The notes beneath the pieces were generated by a model. It worked only from the letters and a program-made list of their open reading frames with translations. It had not been told where the DNA came from and did no database searches. The translations under genes and the position numbers were made by a program. This document shows positions 59,446 through 64,000 of a stretch of DNA of 64,000 nt, piece after piece. Numbering within the stretch: the stretch's first letter is position 1; each line of letters opens with the position of its first letter. Source of the stretch: a virus; the IMG/VR virus record IMGVR_UViG_3300045988_154892; one strand, given 5' to 3'.

Positions 59446-62223
59446 TTATTTGTTGATTAATTCGTATAATTTAGCTCCAAATTCGCTCGGATTTCCATTA
59501 TAACCTGCTTCTACGGCTCCAGCGTATATACTTCCGGCAATGTCTACTTTGTTTCCTTTAAGGTCGTATGAATATATTCTACCTTTTTCCGTAACATAAA
59601 GAGAGTTTTTAATCTTTGATGGAGTTAAATTTTCTTGTTCTTCTTTAACTCTACACAAACGTAATGACACGTTTGTACTATCTTTTCCTCGAATAGACAC
59701 TTCTTCTTGCAAATCATACATATATACATTCTTTAAAGATACAATTGTTTTAGCCGGATAACCATAACTCCTAAAACCAATACATATACTTGTTGCATCT
59801 TCTGGAATAGTACAAGTAAGACAAACAAGTTTTTCATCCCATACACTCGATTTCATTATTGTATCTGAATATAATCTATACGAATTTGGAGTATCGGTAT
59901 TAACCCCTATTCCAAATGCATAATTTGAGTAATCGGAAAGTTGATGTCCGGTATAACCATTTGAAAAAATCATCGTAGAACATCCTAATTCAATCGTATG
60001 CCCTCTTAATTGTATAATTTCATCACCAGATAATTTATAACAAGCCCATCCCCATGGATCAGTAGATGTTGCAGTTATATCTACAACAGGCCATCCATTT
60101 TTTGAACTTCTCTTTTGTACCACGTTCAAAGCAGAAACATAATTAAATGATGCTGGAAAAATATTCGTATACCATCGTTTTGAAATTTCATCAGTATGTT
60201 CACCAGTATCTATCAAATACAGATTTTTTAGAGTTACAGTACCATTTATTAAACTTGATTCTCCTGGTGAACGAATCCAGACATAAACTTTTGCAGCGGT
60301 GATTTCTCCGCGTTGTGTTCTCTCGTAATGCCCATTAGTTTCTCCTACATCACTTGATACACCTTTTATATATTCTATATCTTTATATGTCCCATTTACG
60401 GTATATGCAAGATGAGGTCTAAAAGATGGGATTGCCCAAAGACTTGACCCATAATATGCTGTTCCATTTGGTAATGTCCAACTACCTTCCTCCATATCAA
60501 AAATAACATCAGAAAATCCAAACTCTAATGATTCTCCTGTAAGTTTAAAATTTTCATAATTCGACGAGGTAATAACGTCAAAAGAGACATGCATACTATT
60601 ACAATTAGTATATTTTATTATTAGATCAACAGTCCCATCATTATTTTTAATAATTTTTGCCAACGCTTGCTCTGGATAATTATAAACAAAATTCGATGCA
60701 TTTTGTAAAATTAAATTGTTATAATCTAAATAGCTTAAACTTTCTTGCCAATCGTCAATAGCCATTCTCCAATATGACGAAGCGTTTTTACGTGTATCTT
60801 CAGTTAGACCTCCTATTGTCTTTGTTACCTTGTTCATCTGCTCAGATAACTCATAATTTGAAGTAGAAGCTAGTTTGAAACCATTATTAAAAGTCTCTCC
60901 ATCATAAATATAATAATTTTTTGATATATTACTCTGGCTTACTATACCTGAAAGCCCAGACCATCTATGTACTTCTAACTGATGCCTTCCAACACTTAAT
61001 GAATATGTATTGTCGTCAATTTTAACTATTTTTTTCTGAGTACCACATGTGAAAATTTCAACAAAAAATGGTTTTTCAATACGACCTGCTACACCCATCG
61101 ATATATAATTCACCCCACAGGCTAATCCCATTGCACATAAATATGTAAGAACTTGGTTTTTAAATTCCTTAGATCCACTTGGAACATAATCTAAAGACCA
61201 CAGTTTTGCTTTGCATTTTCCAGTACTATACCAATTTGTATAATAATTATATATTGATTTATGACCGTTATTCCATATATTTCCTGCTGATGAAATCATA
61301 CATGATTCCAAAGCAATAATATCGTTTTCATCAAGATGTGTGTACCAATCACCTATTGCAAAAGGTGTGCCTCCATTAGTAATTACAGCTAATCCTCTTT
61401 CATGACATGCATCAATTAGCTTTTTCCATTTTTCGTTTTTTGCTGCATTTAAATTTTCATAATTATCCGGATTCCATCCGAACTGATAACAAATATCTTC
61501 TTTTGCAAAGTCATATCCCCAATCATCAAAAAAGATACCATCTGCGCCTTGTTTTTTAAACCAATCAAACCAGTCACAAAACTGAGTAAATGTATAAATC
61601 CTCGAACTTCCAGATAGATCAGCAGTTGATCCTTCCCATGAACCATCTGGATTTAAATGTGCATGATCCCCATTATAAGAGAAATCTATTCTACCACTAT
61701 CTGATTGTATATATTCAAAATGTCTTAATTTTGAATTTAATTCTTTTGCTCGTTTTAAAATGATAACGCTATCCGAAGTCAAAGTTGGTTTAGACGATGC
61801 CAATTTATCCAAATGTAAACATTGTGTAGCAATAATATCATGTTTAGAATAGGTAATAGCATCATTTTCAAGCCCATCTCCAGTCACAAGATTGTTTGTC
61901 CAATAAATCCAAGCAAGTCCAAATTCTTGAGAATTAACGGAATTTGTTTTATGGATGATTTGTTTTTCATTGTTTCCTTTTGTGACAGTTATAATATTTT
62001 TATCAACAGATATATTTTTAATATAAGTACTGTTAATCTGTTGTCCACTTGAATCAAATGTAGTAGTAGCAGCATACTTTACGGATTTTTCTGCATCTGA
62101 CGTGTTATCTACTTTTGAAAGACCGACTTCTGATTTTGTATGAGAATGTTGTTTTGTAGCAAATATTGACTTCAATTTTAACAATAAATGAGATAAACCT
62201 TGTTCATTTAACTTTTTGCTCAT
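59446..62223 (-). CDS. tail fibre/spike with central TIM-barrel glycoside-hydrolase-like domain (depolymerase candidate)
   Basis: N-terminal HSHTKSEVGLSKVDNTSDAEKSV is a phage tail-fibre motif. GADGIFFDDWGYDF resembles GH114/GHL-type hydrolases. 925 aa. Confidence 0.55.
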   Translation of the reverse strand: MSKKLNEQGLSHLLLKLKSIFATKQHSHTKSEVGLSKVDNTSDAEKSVKYAATTTFDSSGQQINSTYIKNISVDKNIITVTKGNNEKQIIHKTNSVNSQEFGLAWIYWTNNLVTGDGLENDAITYSKHDIIATQCLHLDKLASSKPTLTSDSVIILKRAKELNSKLRHFEYIQSDSGRIDFSYNGDHAHLNPDGSWEGSTADLSGSSRIYTFTQFCDWFDWFKKQGADGIFFDDWGYDFAKEDICYQFGWNPDNYENLNAAKNEKWKKLIDACHERGLAVITNGGTPFAIGDWYTHLDENDIIALESCMISSAGNIWNNGHKSIYNYYTNWYSTGKCKAKLWSLDYVPSGSKEFKNQVLTYLCAMGLACGVNYISMGVAGRIEKPFFVEIFTCGTQKKIVKIDDNTYSLSVGRHQLEVHRWSGLSGIVSQSNISKNYYIYDGETFNNGFKLASTSNYELSEQMNKVTKTIGGLTEDTRKNASSYWRMAIDDWQESLSYLDYNNLILQNASNFVYNYPEQALAKIIKNNDGTVDLIIKYTNCNSMHVSFDVITSSNYENFKLTGESLEFGFSDVIFDMEEGSWTLPNGTAYYGSSLWAIPSFRPHLAYTVNGTYKDIEYIKGVSSDVGETNGHYERTQRGEITAAKVYVWIRSPGESSLINGTVTLKNLYLIDTGEHTDEISKRWYTNIFPASFNYVSALNVVQKRSSKNGWPVVDITATSTDPWGWACYKLSGDEIIQLRGHTIELGCSTMIFSNGYTGHQLSDYSNYAFGIGVNTDTPNSYRLYSDTIMKSSVWDEKLVCLTCTIPEDATSICIGFRSYGYPAKTIVSLKNVYMYDLQEEVSIRGKDSTNVSLRLCRVKEEQENLTPSKIKNSLYVTEKGRIYSYDLKGNKVDIAGSIYAGAVEAGYNGNPSEFGAKLYELINK

Positions 62224-62253
62224 TACTCCCTCCTTTCTATTTTATATCCCCCC

Positions 62254-62281
62254 TTGACAATAATTGATAACATGTTAAATT
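62254..62281 (+). promoter_or_regulatory. promoter for the + strand moron
   Basis: TTGACA (62254-59), 16-nt spacer, TGtTAAATT extended -10 (62273-81). AAAGGAG SD at 62288-94. Confidence 0.55.
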
Positions 62282-62302
62282 AACAGTAAAGGAGATGATT
62301 GT

Positions 62303-62548
62303 ATGCATAACAAACAAAACATAATACCAGTGCCAGTAATTGCGTCTTTCGATACAGAAGGAAGAGTCATGCCTTTGTATTTTAGGTATAAAGAACATGG
62401 CTCTATTCCTGTAACAATGAAGACACAAGTAAAGTATATAACATATATTCAATTTACTTGCGAATGTGAAATAAATGATCAAACACACCAAATATATTTA
62501 ATATATGAATGGCTTGACCGAAAATGGTATGTAAAGAATATGTACTAA
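62303..62548 (+). CDS. moron-like hypothetical protein (81 aa) embedded in the - strand tail module
   Basis: Has its own promoter and SD. Opposite orientation to all neighbours. No motif recognised. Confidence 0.55.
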   Translation: MHNKQNIIPVPVIASFDTEGRVMPLYFRYKEHGSIPVTMKTQVKYITYIQFTCECEINDQTHQIYLIYEWLDRKWYVKNMY

Positions 62549-62549
62549 A

Positions 62550-62825
62550 TTATTTTGATACAGTTTTTGTGTTTTCTACTTCTAACTTTGCAATATATTC
62601 ATCATATTCAGTCCAGATATCATTTTCAAATTTATCAACAATATCATCAATAGCAGACTTATTTGCTCTATATTTTCTGCCATTATTGATGTATCGGTTA
62701 ATGATCGGTACATCTGGATGTTTTGCGTCCATGTTTGCGTCCATAGATATTACTGTTTCACCATCTACAGTAATAATACCCGAATAATGAATATCCTTTG
62801 TGTAAGTTGCTTTTACTTCTGCCAT
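62550..62825 (-). CDS. hypothetical protein (91 aa)
   Basis: ORF track. Lies between the tail-fibre genes on the same strand. Confidence 0.5.
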   Translation of the reverse strand: MAEVKATYTKDIHYSGIITVDGETVISMDANMDAKHPDVPIINRYINNGRKYRANKSAIDDIVDKFENDIWTEYDEYIAKLEVENTKTVSK

Positions 62826-62843
62826 AGTTCTGTCCTCCTAAAA

Positions 62844-64000
62844 TTAATTTGTATTCCCAGAGAGATTATCCCTCATGGTTTCAAGTTCACTTCTTAGATC
62901 CGCAACCTCTATTTCAAGGTTCGATCTTCTTTGCTTTTCGAGTTGAAGCTCATGCGTTATTATCGCAATCAAATTGGTATATACCATACTATAAGTATCA
63001 ATATAGCTATCCTCAGTGTTCTTCCTGTCGTGGTGTACCAGATCCAGCTCGTCTTCTCGGATTCCGAGTTCTCGCATGGCTTCTACGACATCCTGTGCGA
63101 CGAATCCATAACAAATGCGCCCATCACCGTCAATCATCCGATACTGAACTGGTTTTAAGCGATCGAACAGCTCTGAATGAATATCCGTCTTATTGATCTT
63201 ACTCTCACCGAGTGGAAATATGTTTGTTTTGGCGCGGCGATCGGATGTGACCTGTGGGGAGTTTTTAACAATCAAACGCTCCCATACTCTTCCACTATCT
63301 CCTAACATAATCTTTTCGGAGTACGCCTTGGTCGGTGCGAACGCTCCAGTATACACTCCTCCAGACCAGCCACAGCCATAAAATTCGACCTCTGCCTGAT
63401 AACCTTTCTTCTTTGATTCAAGAATAATGCTACCGTTACCAATATCGAAGTTTGCTTTGTTGTTGGCATCCGAGTAAGTATTTACAACAAAAGAATCGTC
63501 AACAGCTCCGGCTATACAGCTTCCAGAAGAACTTGATGTCTCCAATACAGATTCGTGGACACCTTTAATATCTACATATTCGCTCTGGATTGACAGAGCC
63601 GCATTGCCGGATTTTGTTTCAACCAAAATCTTACCGACACCACCACATAACTCAATAACTGCATCTTTTGCGTTCTTTCCAAGCTGGATCAACTTATCAC
63701 CATAATATGCGAGTGTCGTTCCTGCCTGGTTAAGAATCTCAAATGCTGATGCTGAAATTTTGGTTCGATAACCAGACCAAGAACCATCAGTTTTGTTTCC
63801 GATTTGCAAACCATTTCCAGAAGTAAACGCCATAAAGTTGGTTGCTGTTTTGGCAGCATTAAAACTATCAACTTGATCTGCTTTCTTACTAAGTTGTACT
63901 TGAAAACCATTCGCTGTTTGTTGTAGAGTCGATATATCTCCTTCAGCATTAGAAATCCGTGTTTTCATTGTTGTAGCATCTGATTTCATAGTATTAATAT
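62844..64000 (-). CDS. tail fibre with C-terminal peptidase-S74 intramolecular chaperone domain (5' end probably beyond the window)
   Basis: SDRRAKTNIFPL...LKPVQYRMIDGDGRICYGFVAQDV...YTNLIAIITHELQ is the endosialidase-chaperone signature. The frame stays open upstream of ATG 63989 to the window edge. Confidence 0.75.
   Translation of the reverse strand, partial: INTMKSDATTMKTRISNAEGDISTLQQTANGFQVQLSKKADQVDSFNAAKTATNFMAFTSGNGLQIGNKTDGSWSGYRTKISASAFEILNQAGTTLAYYGDKLIQLGKNAKDAVIELCGGVGKILVETKSGNAALSIQSEYVDIKGVHESVLETSSSSGSCIAGAVDDSFVVNTYSDANNKANFDIGNGSIILESKKKGYQAEVEFYGCGWSGGVYTGAFAPTKAYSEKIMLGDSGRVWERLIVKNSPQVTSDRRAKTNIFPLGESKINKTDIHSELFDRLKPVQYRMIDGDGRICYGFVAQDVVEAMRELGIREDELDLVHHDRKNTEDSYIDTYSMVYTNLIAIITHELQLEKQRRSNLEIEVADLRSELETMRDNLSGNTN

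Noticed and set aside
62237-62491. Minus-strand ORF 62237..62491, which overlaps the moron.
   Set aside because: The + strand ORF 62303..62548 has a near-consensus promoter and an AAAGGAG SD. The minus-strand ORF has neither.
1-64000. Stop-codon reassignment or an alternative genetic code, as seen in some large gut phages. Also CRISPR arrays and rRNA genes.
   Set aside because: Long conserved genes (PolIII alpha, NrdD, LigA, ATPase) are uninterrupted under the standard bacterial code. Neither tRNA is a suppressor. No direct-repeat/spacer array or rRNA-like sequence was seen.

Overview
This window reads as a contiguous piece of a large, AT-rich tailed-phage genome of Firmicutes type. Supporting signs are GGAG-type ribosome-binding sites, many TTG/GTG starts, and a glucosaminidase/amidase/SH3b endolysin.

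Positions 1-51340 carry about 85 co-directional + strand genes:
- early small and Zn-ribbon ORFs;
- an HNH nuclease plus an RNA-repair pair (RNA ligase and a Pnk-HD fusion);
- a tight operon of P-type Ca2+-ATPase, vWA(TerF-like), TerD and a TM-anchored PspA;
- two tRNAs (Leu-CAA, Met/Ile2-CAT) separated by a strongly structured spacer RNA;
- a replication module (SSB-like, AAA ATPase, DnaB-like helicase, primase, PD-(D/E)xK nuclease, PolIII alpha, RecD-like helicase);
- a Dam methyltransferase;
- two tandem modules of small protein, ~200-nt conserved leader and PAPS-reductase-like PP-loop ATPase;
- an NAD-dependent ligase;
- a nucleotide-metabolism block (ThyX, kinase, HAD nucleotidase, NrdD/NrdG, dUTPase) bracketed by two His15-less HPr/Crh-like genes;
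- a secreted SH3+3D wall protein.

Positions 51341-56880 hold an orphan RNA unit (consensus promoter to terminator), an unusual set of phased and inverted repeats, and a cargo-less Tn7-like transposon (short tnsA-like, tnsB, tnsC, tniQ/tnsD). The transposon sits exactly where the + strand block meets the - strand lysis/tail-fibre block (57005-64000). That - strand block contains one + strand moron with its own promoter.

Four reading frames are broken at short homopolymers, which probably reflects assembly indels. I saw no CRISPR array, no rRNA and no sign of stop-codon reassignment. All function calls rest on motifs read by eye, and no searches were run.
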